Assembly: GCF_009914755.1 (NCBI RefSeq)
Contig: NC_060926.1
Direction: 5' to 3' (one strand)
From: the human T2T-CHM13v2.0 reference genome, Homo sapiens
Length of the DNA: 64,000 bases
Position numbers and translations under genes: made by a program. This document shows positions 18,388 through 39,515 of this stretch, one piece after another (the first letter of the stretch is position 1; each line of letters starts with the position of its first letter). The notes beneath the pieces were generated by a model that had not been told where the DNA came from, did no database searches, and worked only from the letters and a program-made list of their open reading frames with translations.

Positions 18388-18932
18388 TGTATCAGGAGGT
18401 CCCCAAGACCACTCACAGGTTAGGTCATTCACGAGAGGACCCAGGTCTCAGCGTATGATTGTACTTGCATCTATGATATACTACAGCAAAAGGACACCAG
18501 GCACCATCAGCAAAGGGAGAAGGAACATGGGGCAAAATATGGTGGAAACCTGGCACAGGCTTCCAAGGATGTCTTCCAGTAGAGTCACACAGGACATGCT
18601 TAATTCCCCTAAGAACAAGTTGTGGCAACACTTGCGAAATGTTGCTAACTAAGGAAGCTCATTAGAGACTCAGTGCCCAGGGTTTTTATTGGCGACTGAT
18701 CACATAGGCATTCCCTGCCTGGCATCTACCAAAATTCAGACTTCCAGAAGGAAAGCAGGTGTTCAGCATGAATCATATTGTTTGTACAAACAGTTTAGGC
18801 ACAATGAGCCATTCTTGTCAGTTAGGGTAGCAGAAACCTTCCCAAAGTCTGGATTCCCAGATGCCAGCCAAGGGCAAACCTTGCAAATAGGTTTTCAATG
18901 GATAGCAGTCAGCCTTGCTCTGTTAACTTTTC
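18388..18932. mobile_element. MER21-family LTR
   Basis: ggtccccaagaccac...tacagcaaaagga...ggagtcacacaggacatgcttaattc pattern. Confidence 0.75.
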
Positions 18933-19224
18933 TAAACCTTGGCCAAAAGGTAAATGCCAAATTTCCCTCTATGGGGGCTGTACCATTTAGCACTCACACC
19001 TGCAGTGTGTTAACTGCCCCTTTTAAAGAGTGTCATGTAACTCACTGGCTGAAAATCAGCTTGTGATGCTTTATGGAAAAAAGGTTCAGAGAGAGAATAT
19101 TCCCCCAAGTAGGTTACTTATGTCAAGATCATTAATAGAAACTGTTCTCTGTTAGTTTTTGTTTGCTAACAGGCATAAGGACAATAGTTCTTAGAGTTAA
19201 AATTATACCTATATATATAATTTT

Positions 19225-22712
<3,488 letters not shown>

Positions 22713-22746
22713 CTTGTGAATAAAACAATCCATCTTTTCTTTTTAG

Positions 22747-22816
22747 CTTCCACCAACACTTTCTTCCAAATATCCTGAAGATGACCCAGACTACTGTGTG
22801 TGGGTCCCACCTGAAG
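22747..22816 (+). CDS. SLC4A1AP: SLC4A1AP penultimate exon H, 70 nt: LPPTLSSKYPEDDPDYCVWVPPE
   Basis: cttttctttttag|CTT acceptor, AAG|gtagat donor. Confidence 0.94.
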
Positions 22817-23695
22817 GTAGATTGTTTTTACTTTTTTTTCCTCTAAGGTTCATTTATTTATATTTTTGAATAGGTAATATAGATTTAAGGTTCAACATAA
22901 GAAAGTTACAAGAGTATGTAGTGATAATTTGTATACCATGTTTGGATCCTTATTCAAACAAACAACTGTTTAAAAAAATTATTAGCCAGTCAGATAATTT
23001 TGAACACTACCTGGATATTTGATGATACTAAGAAATTATTTTTTATTTTTTTAAAGTGTGAATGATGTTGAGTTATGTTTTTTGGAAAAAGTCCTTGTCT
23101 TCTAGGAATATATACGGAAGTGTTTACAGGTGTAATGTTATCTGGGTTTTACCAAGTCAAAAGAAAGGAAAACAATTCTGGCTGTGCCTCAGCTACTCGG
23201 TTGTTTTCCTCACAAGACAACCAATTGTTGTTAGTTTCTTATGGATACTTATATATAAAATGCTAAGTAGAGAGGAGCATCTATAGAAAAAAAATCATAA
23301 AAGTTAACCTGCTGGATCAAAGGTATAAACATTTTAAAGATATTATAAATTGCATTCTATAGAGATTGTACCAGTTTTATGCTCATACACACACCCTTAA
23401 AGCAATGTATGAGATACTTACTTCCTCATATGTTCATCACAGCTTGAGATTTCTAATATATTAGTAACTAATATAATTTAGTTACTTGAGATGTCTGCTT
23501 TTTCTATGCTAACAAATGTTAGGGTAGAAATGAAAGAGGGCTGTATTTTGAAATTTCATACAAAAAGTAAAATTTCTACCGTAGAATAAACCTTTTTGTC
23601 TATTTTACTTTTTGGCCTACTGATATCTGGATATCTTTTCTCTCCTGACTTTGGAAGAGTAAATAATGTATTTCTTTTTTTATATTCTGATCTAG

Positions 23696-23745
23696 GTCAA
23701 AGTGGAGATGGCAGAACCCATCTTAATGACAAGTATGGCTATTGA
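23696..23745 (+). CDS. SLC4A1AP: SLC4A1AP last coding exon: GQSGDGRTHLNDKYGY, stop TGA at 23743-23745
   Basis: ttctgatctag|GT acceptor; in frame with exon H; matches the kanadaptin C-terminus as recalled. Confidence 0.95.
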
Positions 23746-24030
23746 TTGCTTCAGAATCCCAAAAGAAAACCTTGTGGACCATGTGACATGGAATATTTGG
23801 GATAATGTATCAAATTGAATGGCCAGAGAAGTTTAGATGATTATTTGTAAGATCTGGTGACTGGCTTTTCGTTCTGTGTTCTTGGCTTCCTAAATTTATC
23901 TGCCCATATGATTCTCATGCATTTGATATTTATGTTTAAAAGTGTTTATATATGTATGTAAAAAGGGAACCATATGTTTTGAGAATTTGTAAAGTGAGAG
24001 ACATGATCCTATTAAAATAAGAAGGCAAAA
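23746..24030 (+). terminator. SLC4A1AP: SLC4A1AP 3' UTR (~280 nt) with ATTAAA poly(A) signal at 24011-24016
   Basis: AT-rich unique sequence after the stop codon, UGUA-type motifs near 23953-23960, ATTAAA hexamer and a T-rich tract at 24041-24065; cleavage position inferred. Confidence 0.8.
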
Positions 24031-24040
24031 ATGTTCCTAA

Positions 24041-24650
24041 TATTTTATTTTATTTTATTTTTTTTAAGAGACAGGGTCTTACTCTGTCACCTAGGCTGGG
24101 GTACAGTGGTGCAATCCTAGCTCACTGTAGCCTTGAACTCCTGGGCTCAAGCAATCCTCCCACCTCAGCCTCCCAAGTACCTGGGACTATAGGCATGTAC
24201 CACCACCACACCTGGCTAATTATTTTATTTAAATTTTTTGGAGAGATGAAGTCTTGCCATGTTGCCCAGGCTTGTCTTGAACTCCTGGCCTCAAGTGATC
24301 CTCCTGCCTCAGCCTCCCAAAGCACTGGAACCTCATTTTTTTTTCTTTTTTTCTGAGACAGGGTCTCACTCTGTTGCCCAGAGTGAGTGCAGTGGCATGA
24401 TCACAGCTTACTGCAGTGGCATGATCACAGCTTACTGCAGTCTCAACTTCCCAGGCTCAAGTGATTCTCCTGCCTCAGCCTCCTGAGTAGCTGGTACTAC
24501 AGGTACATGCCACTGTGCCTGGCTAATTTTTATATTTATAGAGATGGGGTCTCACCATGTTGCCCAGGCTGGTCTCAAACTCCTGGGCTCAAGCAATCCC
24601 GCTCTCCTCAGCCTCCTAAAGTACTAGGATTACAGGCCACTGCATCCGGG
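24041..24650 (-). mobile_element. Two tandem antisense AluJ-like elements immediately after the SLC4A1AP poly(A) signal
   Basis: Reverse Alu consensus, twice. Confidence 0.93.
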
Positions 24651-26019
24651 ACCTAATGTTGGGACCTTATGTTGATTAAAGGTCACAACCTCTTTCCTTA
24701 AGACTTAAGGACTATGCTTTTCCTGAGCAATAGGGTGCTTCTGGTGATTGGGTTGCAGAACTCACTGATATTGCCTCCTCAAATAACTGTTGAAATATGA
24801 GGTTATGCTATGGGTGTGACTCCGGGTGTCCCTGTCATTCTTGGTACTAAAAGTAGGTTCACAGTGGGGGCTTCCTACAACCTTCAACTATAATCTTCCT
24901 ACCAGGTTTGAGAATAGACCCTGACTTATCAGGACAAAGTTAACTATGGCACCACCTTGTGCATTCAGGCACTAGTCCTGATGAAAACTCAGCCTGCTGA
25001 ATGTCCAGAACTCTGACCAATCAGTCATTCCTCCTCTTGTGGAAGGGTGCAAATAAGGCCATGGAATGAAAAGCTGCATGTGTTTTGCCCAGTGTGGGGC
25101 TTCTTACCTCTGTGGAGAGGGGAATAGAAAGAATTTCTCTGGGAACAGGAAGAAATGCAAGAAGATGTCTTATTTCCTCCCCTCACCCTCCCCATCATTA
25201 GTGCTTCACTTCCATAGAAAGGAAAGCCCAAGAGTGAAGCAAAGTGGAGAGCATTTGGGGTAGGCTGAGGCAGACATAAGCAGCAGGGAGGAAAAATGCT
25301 GTGGCTGAGCTAGAGAGTGGATGAGGCTGATGCTTTCCTAAAATGGATTACACAGTATGCACGGAGGTAGGCAGGAAGCAGTAATGAGCAACTTCAGTTA
25401 TCCTGACAGATGTGGGAAGTCTGGTCTGCTAAAAGTGATAAGTTCTTCATCTCTCAAAAAGGAATGTTGGTATTATGAGAAACTATTATTTTGGACTTCA
25501 TATAGACCAACAAGGAAAAACTGGTTGATGATGTAAGAAGTGACAGGAATTTGGGTACAGAATGACTATGCCATCTTGGATTAAAACAGTGAACAAAAGT
25601 CTGAGCTAGATCAATGATCTTCAGAGGTGAAACGCTATTCAAACAAAATTGTATGTGGGACCCAATACTTGAGCAAGTAAAAATATATCTGCTCTGGCTG
25701 AAGTGAAGGCAAAGGGATTGGAGACACACACACACACACCCCGGCACCACACCACACCACTCCTCCCCCTACCCTCACAATGACCCTGAGGAATCCTAGG
25801 CACATGTCTTAAATTCTTCAAGTCTCAATTCTGTCATCTGTGAAGCAGGGACAGTAATGCTTCCTGCTCTTGGAACCTCAGATTGTTCTAAGGATCAAAT
25901 GAGATAATGTAGATGAATTTACAGGGCTTTATAGATGTTAATAGTTGTTATTACAAAAGGGATAGATCCTAACATCTGGGCCTGACTTTCCTCATCAGTG
26001 AAAGAGGAGATAGGATTAG

Positions 26020-26735
26020 ATCAGTGATTCTCAACTGTGGCTACATATTAGAATCACCTGCAGAAATGTAAAATTTTTTAATTGCAGTATTGGGTCCCAC
26101 CTCAGACAGATTTAGTCAGTCCCACCTCAGACAGATTTAATCAGAATCTCTGAGGTGATCCTTTTTTTTTTCTTGAGGCAGAGTCTTGCTCTGTCACTCA
26201 GGCTGGAATACAGTGGTGTTATCATGGCTCACTGCAGCCTCTGCCTCTTGTCCTCAAGTGATCCTTCCACCTTAGCCTCTGAACTAGCTGGGACTACAGG
26301 TACACGCCACCATGCCCAGCTAATTTTTATATTTTTTTATAGAGATGAGGTTTCACTATGTTGCCCAGGTAGTCTCAAATTCCTGGCTCGAGCAGTCTGC
26401 CCACCTCAGCCTCCCAAAGTGCTAGGAGGACAGGTGTGAGCCACTGCTTCTGGTGAGGTGATCCCTTTTATAAGTACTCCAGGTGACCCTAATGTGGAGC
26501 CCATGGTGGGAAACTTCTAGAGCACTTTTTTCTATAACAATCTTTTTCTGTTTAGGGTCAGATATTTTAGGCTTTGCAAGCCATATAGTCTGTCATAAAC
26601 ACTCTACTGCTTTGTGCAGACAGCATTGGCAATACACAAATGAATGAGTGTGCTGTGTTCCAATAAGTGTTTGTTTATCAAAACAAATGGCAGGCTGGAT
26701 TTGGCCCACAGGCTGTAGTTGGCCAACCCCTGCTC
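26020..26735. mobile_element. MER5-like element split by an Alu (26160-26447 -), followed by a MER58-like hAT fossil (~26540-26735)
   Basis: cagtgattctcaac...ttagaatcacctg; ggctggatttggcccacaggctgtagttggccaacccctg; TSD tgaggtgatcc. Confidence 0.75.
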
Positions 26736-27039
26736 TACATCTTTAAGGTCTTACCTGGCTAAAAATTTTCTTTATGACATCTTTAAAAAATGTATATCTC
26801 AGTTCATGGATATTTGAAAGTTTCTATTCAGAAGGCTAATTATCTCTGAACTATATGGTTGCAGTTTTATGGGTACCAGAATTCAAAGTAATCCTGTCTC
26901 CTTTTCTCAGAAACAAAAGTAAGGTTATTAGTCATGAAATAAAATATGCTGTTACAGCAGGAACACAAGAGTTAACTGTAAGCAAGCTGTCCCTGGTCTG
27001 CCGTCCTGGCCTCCCTGGGAGTTTTGTATTATATCTGCC

Positions 27040-27800
<761 letters not shown>

Positions 27801-28003
27801 GGCTGAAGAACAGTTGTGGGTGGGTAGGGTTGGGTGGCAGGTACTAGTAGGTGAGGTTAAAGACTAGGTGACACGAGTTTTGAAAGCAGACTTCAGTCTT
27901 AGACAGCTGGATCTCCCTATCTTTGGTACAAGGAACAAAATTTTTCCTGGTTATGGGTACTCATTTATTGGGAGAAAAGGGTGAAATGTGTTTATCAGAG
28001 TAA

Positions 28004-30660
<2,657 letters not shown>

Positions 30661-32014
30661 TTAAATGTCTAAGCATCTCAGCATCACCATAACATGACCA
30701 CTGTTAAAATTCTGTTTATTTCAGTTGGGCATTGAGGTTTCATTGTATTGTACAGGAAAGAACACTATTCTACCAGTACTAGATGGAGTTAGCCCTTTCG
30801 GGAAATATGACACAATTCCCAACAAACATTGAAGCCGTTAGCCACAGCCTGAGGATCTGTTGCTTTACCACTGAAGTGCTGCCACCTCCCAGACAGGGTG
30901 TGACAAGTGGCCAGCAGCTGTGGATGCCTTCCTGAGAGAGTGGGAGCCAGAGGGAAGCCTGCCAGCCCTGTGGCAATCAAAAGCCAGAATCAAAGCCTCT
31001 GCAGGGGAGCGGGAGCCGCGTTCCCATACAGGGTTTAGTCCAACCAGATTCTTGACTGCTGGGAAATGATAAAACTCCTTGACCTTTGAGGAGTGGGTCC
31101 AGCATCAAACTGGTAGTCTTCTTGTGACAGGCCACTCTGATTCTGAGATTCCTCACTTAATGTGGGCGTTGAGAACAATTTTCAGGATTTCACCGCTGCT
31201 CTCTGAGAAGACTTTGCCCTCCTTTGGTTTTAGAGGTTTGGCACATCATAGTCCAGGGTGGAACCAAGACTTCTATTCAGTAGGATTCTGGAAATCTGCC
31301 CCCACCCCCACCATAGGACCTGGCATTGATGAGGCAGGTTGGAGGGCTCAGCATGTGATTGCAGTGTTTTCCATCAAGGGTACCTCTGCCTTCTTTATTC
31401 CCCTAGCCCATTTTAATTTCTCCATGTGGAAGTTTTAGGATCTATGCCTTTGCATTGCCCACTGCCCTAATCTAAGCTCCCTTCACCTCATGACTCCACA
31501 GGTCTCCCTCTCATCTCTGCCTTATCAACTCTCCTCCACATATGTCAAACACATCCCTGAGCAGAGTCCCTTGCTCTGAAATCTCAAAAGGTTTTCCAGT
31601 GTCCAAAGTGTGAGGGTCCAAATTCCTTTGAGGCTTTAAAAGCCTTATCATAGGGTTCCTGTGCTTTTCTATCATCATGACCCCACACCTGCCCTTGTCC
31701 CTCCCTTTCTTCCACCCGATGAGGCATACCTGCTACTCTAGAAATAACAGGTTATTTGCCCCAAACACACCTTTGCTTTTTCCTCTCCCTATATTTTCTA
31801 TCAAGCCTTTCTGCATAGGCCTCAGTTTCCTTGTCTATTAAATAGAGAAAATAATACCTACCCAACAGTATTGTTGCAGAGATTAAGTAACAAATATAAA
31901 CTTTTAGCCATGTCCAACACATAATCACCTCCCCCCACCCCATGTAGTTATTATGAGTGTCATTGTGGTCTTCCTTGCTCATGTTTGGTAAGTAAGGTAC
32001 TACTTTTTTTCTTT

Positions 32015-32355
32015 TTAAGACTTTATTTTTTAGAGCAGTTTTAGGTTCACAGAAAAATTGAGCAGAAAATACAGAGATTTGCCATTGTCCCCACTCCTCT
32101 CATACACAGCCTCCCCCATTATCAACATTCCCCACCAGAGTGGTAAATTTGTTACAACTGATGAACTTATATTGACACATCGATATCACCTGAAGTCCAC
32201 AGTTTACATTAGGGCTCACTCTTGATATTGTACATTCTCTGGGTTTGGAGAGATGTGTAACGTCATGTATCCATTATAGTATACAGACAAACATGGTTTC
32301 ATTGCCCTAAAAATCTCTCTGTGCTCCACCCATTCCTCCCTCCCTCCCCCAGGCC
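32015..32355 (-). mobile_element. L1MA/MB 3' end
   Basis: tttagagcagttttaggttcacagaaaaattgagcagaaaatacagag. Confidence 0.85.
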
Positions 32356-33003
32356 CGACTCATTTTTAACACAATCAGCTTGCCCCAAACTACCTTCAGG
32401 AGGCCTCCCTGATTGCAGAGACTATCACTAATCCCTCCTTCCCCACTAGCGCTACAGCACTTTATTTCTACTTCTATTACAGCCCTTACTCCAACGGCTT
32501 GATATTCATTACTGATATGTGTGTTTGGGTTACTTACGTTTGTCACTTACAAGTTCTTGAGGACAGGAACTACATTATCTTGTACCCCATCCATGGCACC
32601 TAGCAGTTCACAAATTGGTGCTCAGTTAGTTAACTGTTGGTTTCAATGGGTGGAGGGCTGAAGGGCAGGTCCTAGCCCCAGCCCTTCCTATCCTTGGGTT
32701 TTTCTGTCAGAGAAGGGATACCTTCTAGCCACTTTTAGTTCCAGGACCTTGCTCCAGACAAGCTGGATAGTCTAGGAACTGACCATTTTAGCAAGTTTAA
32801 TCCAGAGGGCTGGATTTATGTCCTACTTGGGGCAAAACCAGGCATGAACTACTCCTTCCCATCAAGGAGCGCTGCACTCCAGCAGCTGGCTTTAATTTGG
32901 ATTTTCCAGGACCAGCTGCATTTAGCTGGGGTTGGTTGGGTTTCCTCAGGTCTGCCTTTATCACGCACACCCCGTCAGAAGTTAATGCAACCACGGCAGG
33001 GAG

Positions 33004-33022
33004 TGACCACAAGGGGGCAGTA
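33004..33022 (+). promoter_or_regulatory. CTCF-like motif TGACCACAAGGGGGCAGTA
   Basis: One mismatch to CCASYAGRKGGCRS, in apparently unique sequence. Confidence 0.6.
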
Positions 33023-33478
33023 TAGACCCATTACAATGCGGTCAGCTTGCACAAGGGGCTGAAAGAAGATAAAGGTTTCAAAGCAGAAGAAAGAGTAAGA
33101 ATCAGAAAAAAAGGAGGATTGTGAAAAAGTTAGGAGCAGCAAGCTAGTTTCGCTCACAGACATTCCTGGACCCAAGACCTGGCAGCAGAAAGTTAGCCAG
33201 AGACACCGGTCAGGCCCAAATGGTGCTCCCAACTCTCCTCCAAAACTGCCTTTTCCAGTGCTTAATTTCACTTAGAGAAAGTCGCTCTCCATTTATAATG
33301 CCAATATTCTATGGAGGACTTTGGGCATTGCATATTTATTCCTTACACACTATATTTCAGCTTTACAGTTTACAGAGGATTTTTTTCACACTTGTTAAAA
33401 AAAAAAATCCGAATCCCCTATTAGACTTAAAAGGTAAAAACAGATGTTAATTACCTCTGTTTAAAGAAACTGAGGCAC

Positions 33479-36116
<2,638 letters not shown>

Positions 36117-38214
36117 TAGGACAGCTCTTGAATGGATTCTTAGCCTGGCCCCTCATGGGACATTCAACTGGGGTTGACAGAAGCTTCATTGACCCCAGGG
36201 TCAGAGAGTGTAATCGTCCTCACGGACTTATACATATAATGCATACTTTTTGAGCACCTACTATGTACCAGGCCTTTTGGGGAAATGAGCCAGCCATGTT
36301 GTATCAAAAGGCTAGATAGGACCTTAGAGTCACCTTTTTACCACCAGGAGTCCTTGTGTCATCCTTATCCCACTCCCTCTACCATCCTGGACATAATTAA
36401 CGTTTAAATAAATTATTTTTGTTGGCCAAAAAAATTGAATTTAGCAAGTATTCATTTACAAGTTTTTGGTAATCACATATTTACATATCTGCAAATAAAT
36501 TATGATCAAATAACACAAGATAATAGCTAACATTAGTACACTGAGTTAATATCCAGTCAAAAAAAAGCAAAGAAATTCAGCATTTTAGCTATCCTGTTTA
36601 TTCTGGTTGGGCTTTTTTAAATTTAAAAAGTAGCTGGCCGACTACGTGGGGAATCAGTTCAAGGTTTTAGAAGTGGTGACGTAACCGCTGGGTTTTGAAG
36701 GAGAAGAGTTCACAAGCAGATAGAGAGGATGTTGCAGGCAGAGGAGGCAGAATGGTCCAGGTGCTAGTCCTGACACCACCATCCCCAGGTTGATCAGTTG
36801 AATCAGGCTGTAGCTTGAACTCAATGGGTAGGAGCCAGAGTTTGGAATGGAACTAATGATGGTGGAGGTGAGAATCAGAAAGTGTATGGTTGAATGTTCT
36901 AGTCTTTCCATATCATAGTACTGGAGAAATCGAGGCAGGAAATCCCACTGAAATCCTTTTGGTTCCCAAGGCAGGAGAATAAAAAAACACAGCAAAGGAT
37001 AAGCCAAAATTCTGCCCCAGAACTGGCCTGGAACCTGTCTCCCACCCTGGCTGCCCCGCCCTTCAGCTCCAAGAGCAAACCATTTATTTTCTATGATTTT
37101 TAAAAATTGGCTCATCTCATAAATGTTCCAGAGTCGGAACAAGCTGTGCCATGGCGAAACAAAAACTGCTGAACAAATAAACAAGGCAGGCTGTGAGGCT
37201 GGGGAAAGTGCTAGATGTGGGCCCCCAACCAGGTCCATGGGTTTTGGCAAGTCTGTTGAGTCTGGGCCTCTGTTTCTTCCTCTCTAATCGGAGGGGTGGG
37301 AGAATGGGATTTTTGGGGTCCCTTCCAGTTCTGTGATCTAAACAAGTTGCACAGAGAGGGGAAGAATGTAGAGCTGCCAGTTCAGAAGCCTCCTTCCCTT
37401 CCACTGCATGGTGAGGCTAAGAGCTGGGAGCGGAGTACATCTCCTCGTAGGCAAACATTGAAACCAGACATCAGCCATTTGCTTGTTCACTCATCTGACA
37501 CTGAGTATCCAGTGCTGGGTGCTCTGCTGCCCCTTCCGTCAAGGAACACACACGGAATTATGAGGTGGTCTAGCAAAGGAGAGAAGGGACGGACAGTTCC
37601 TTGCATACACCGAGCCCTTGCCCACCCCGGGGCCTTTGTTCCTGCTGTTCCACCACCTACATTGTCAGCCTCTCCCTCCTTCTTGTTCTTCAGGGTCAGC
37701 TTAAATGTTATTTCCTTGGAAGGCTTTCCCTGACCACCCTGTATAGGGCAGGGCCGCCCCCCACCCCCATCTCTCCCCATCTCTACCGCCACACTCCATT
37801 CCCCTCACAGAATTTATACTGTTTGGAATTATGCCTGCCTGCTTATTTAGTCATTTATTTTCCATCTTCTGACTAGAAGATAAGCTACGTGAGAGTAAGA
37901 ATTCTGTTGGTATTTATCACTTCTGGGCAATTGGCAGCATATACTTGGAGAGTATGTGAATAATTTTTTGGCAGGTGCCAGGGTTTTTACATAGACTACC
38001 TCATTTAAGTCTCCTTAACATCCCTAAGAGAGAGACACTGTATTATTATCTTCCTTTTAGGGTGAGGAGACAGAAGCCTGGGGATGAAATATCTTACAGT
38101 TGGGAGCCTGGATTTGAACCTGTGTCTAAGTCAGGGCTCTTTCTACTTCGCCATGGTGTGGGGGCAGAGGACGCCAGGCTCTGGGCATGGCGCTTTGGCT
38201 CTGTTTTTCTTTTT

Positions 38215-39515
38215 TACTTTTTACTTTGAAATAATGTTAATTTACTGAAAAACTGCAAGTCTGGCGCATAGAACTCCTTCACTCAGGTTCACCAAATGTT
38301 AAACTTTGCTACATTTTAATATTCTCTCTGAGTGTGTACATACCTGTTTATACTTATTTTCTTTTGTTGAACCTTTTGAGAGTAAGTTGCAGACACTATT
38401 CCTTTTACCCTTAAATACTTTCCCAAGAACACAGACATTCTATTACATAATCAGGGAATTTAACATAGATATAATAGTTATTTTATTTTATTTTTAGAGA
38501 CAGGGTCTTGCTTTGTCACCCAGGCAGGAGTGTAGCAGTGTGATCATAGCTCACTGTGGCCTCAAACTCCTCCTGGGCAATCAAGCAATTCTCCTGCCTC
38601 AGCCTGCCGAGTAGCTGGAACTGTAGGTGCACACCACCGTGCCTGGCTAATTTAAAAAATTTTTTTTGTGGAGACAGGGTCATGCTTTATTGCCCAGGCT
38701 GGTCTCAAACTCCTGGCTTCAAGCAATCCACCCACCTTGACCTCCCAAAGTGCTGGGATTACAAGACTGAACTCTGTTTAAAACTATTTTTTAATATGTA
38801 CTCAATATTAAACTTTATTGAATTCTCCAAATAATGTCCTTAATAGAGATTTGTTTCTCGCCCAGAATCCAATCCAGATCATACATTCCACATAGTCACT
38901 GTGTTTCTTTAATTTTTAATTTAGAAGAGTTCCTCAGCCTTTCTTTGTCTTTCATGATATTGATATTTTTCAAGAGTATAGGCCAGTTGTTTTATAGAAT
39001 GCCCTTCAATTTGGGCTAGTCTGATGTGTGCTGATAATTAGACCCAGGTTAAGCATTTGCTGGCAGGAATCTCACAGAAGTGATGCCGGGGCCTCAGTAC
39101 ATCATATCAGGAGCCACGTGATGTCTGTTTGTCCCAGGCCTGGTGATGTTAACTTTGATCTCATGTTTAAGGAGATACTTGCCAAGTTTCTCCACTGAAA
39201 AGTTATTATTTTTTCCTTTTGTAATTAATAAGTAATTGGGGGAGAGGGTAAATATTTAAGCCTATGACTATCTTGTCCATATCAAACTTGCATCCTTTGA
39301 TGATTCTTGACTGGATCAATTATTACTATGACAGTTGCAAAATAGAGTTTTTGTTTTGTTTTGTTTTTATAGAGAGAGAGGACCTCACTCTGTTGCTCGG
39401 GCTGGAGTGGCGCGATCATAGCTCACTGTAACCTCAAAACTCCTGGGCCCAAATGATCCTCCCGCCTCATCCTCCCAAAGCGCTGGGATTATAAGTGTAA
39501 GCCACCACACCTGGC
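38215..39515 (-). mobile_element. L1MC/ME 3' fragment with an Alu (38479-38765) and an Alu monomer (39345-39515)
   Basis: tttgagagtaagttgcagaca, ggccagttgttttatagaatgcccttcaatttggg motifs. Confidence 0.8.
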
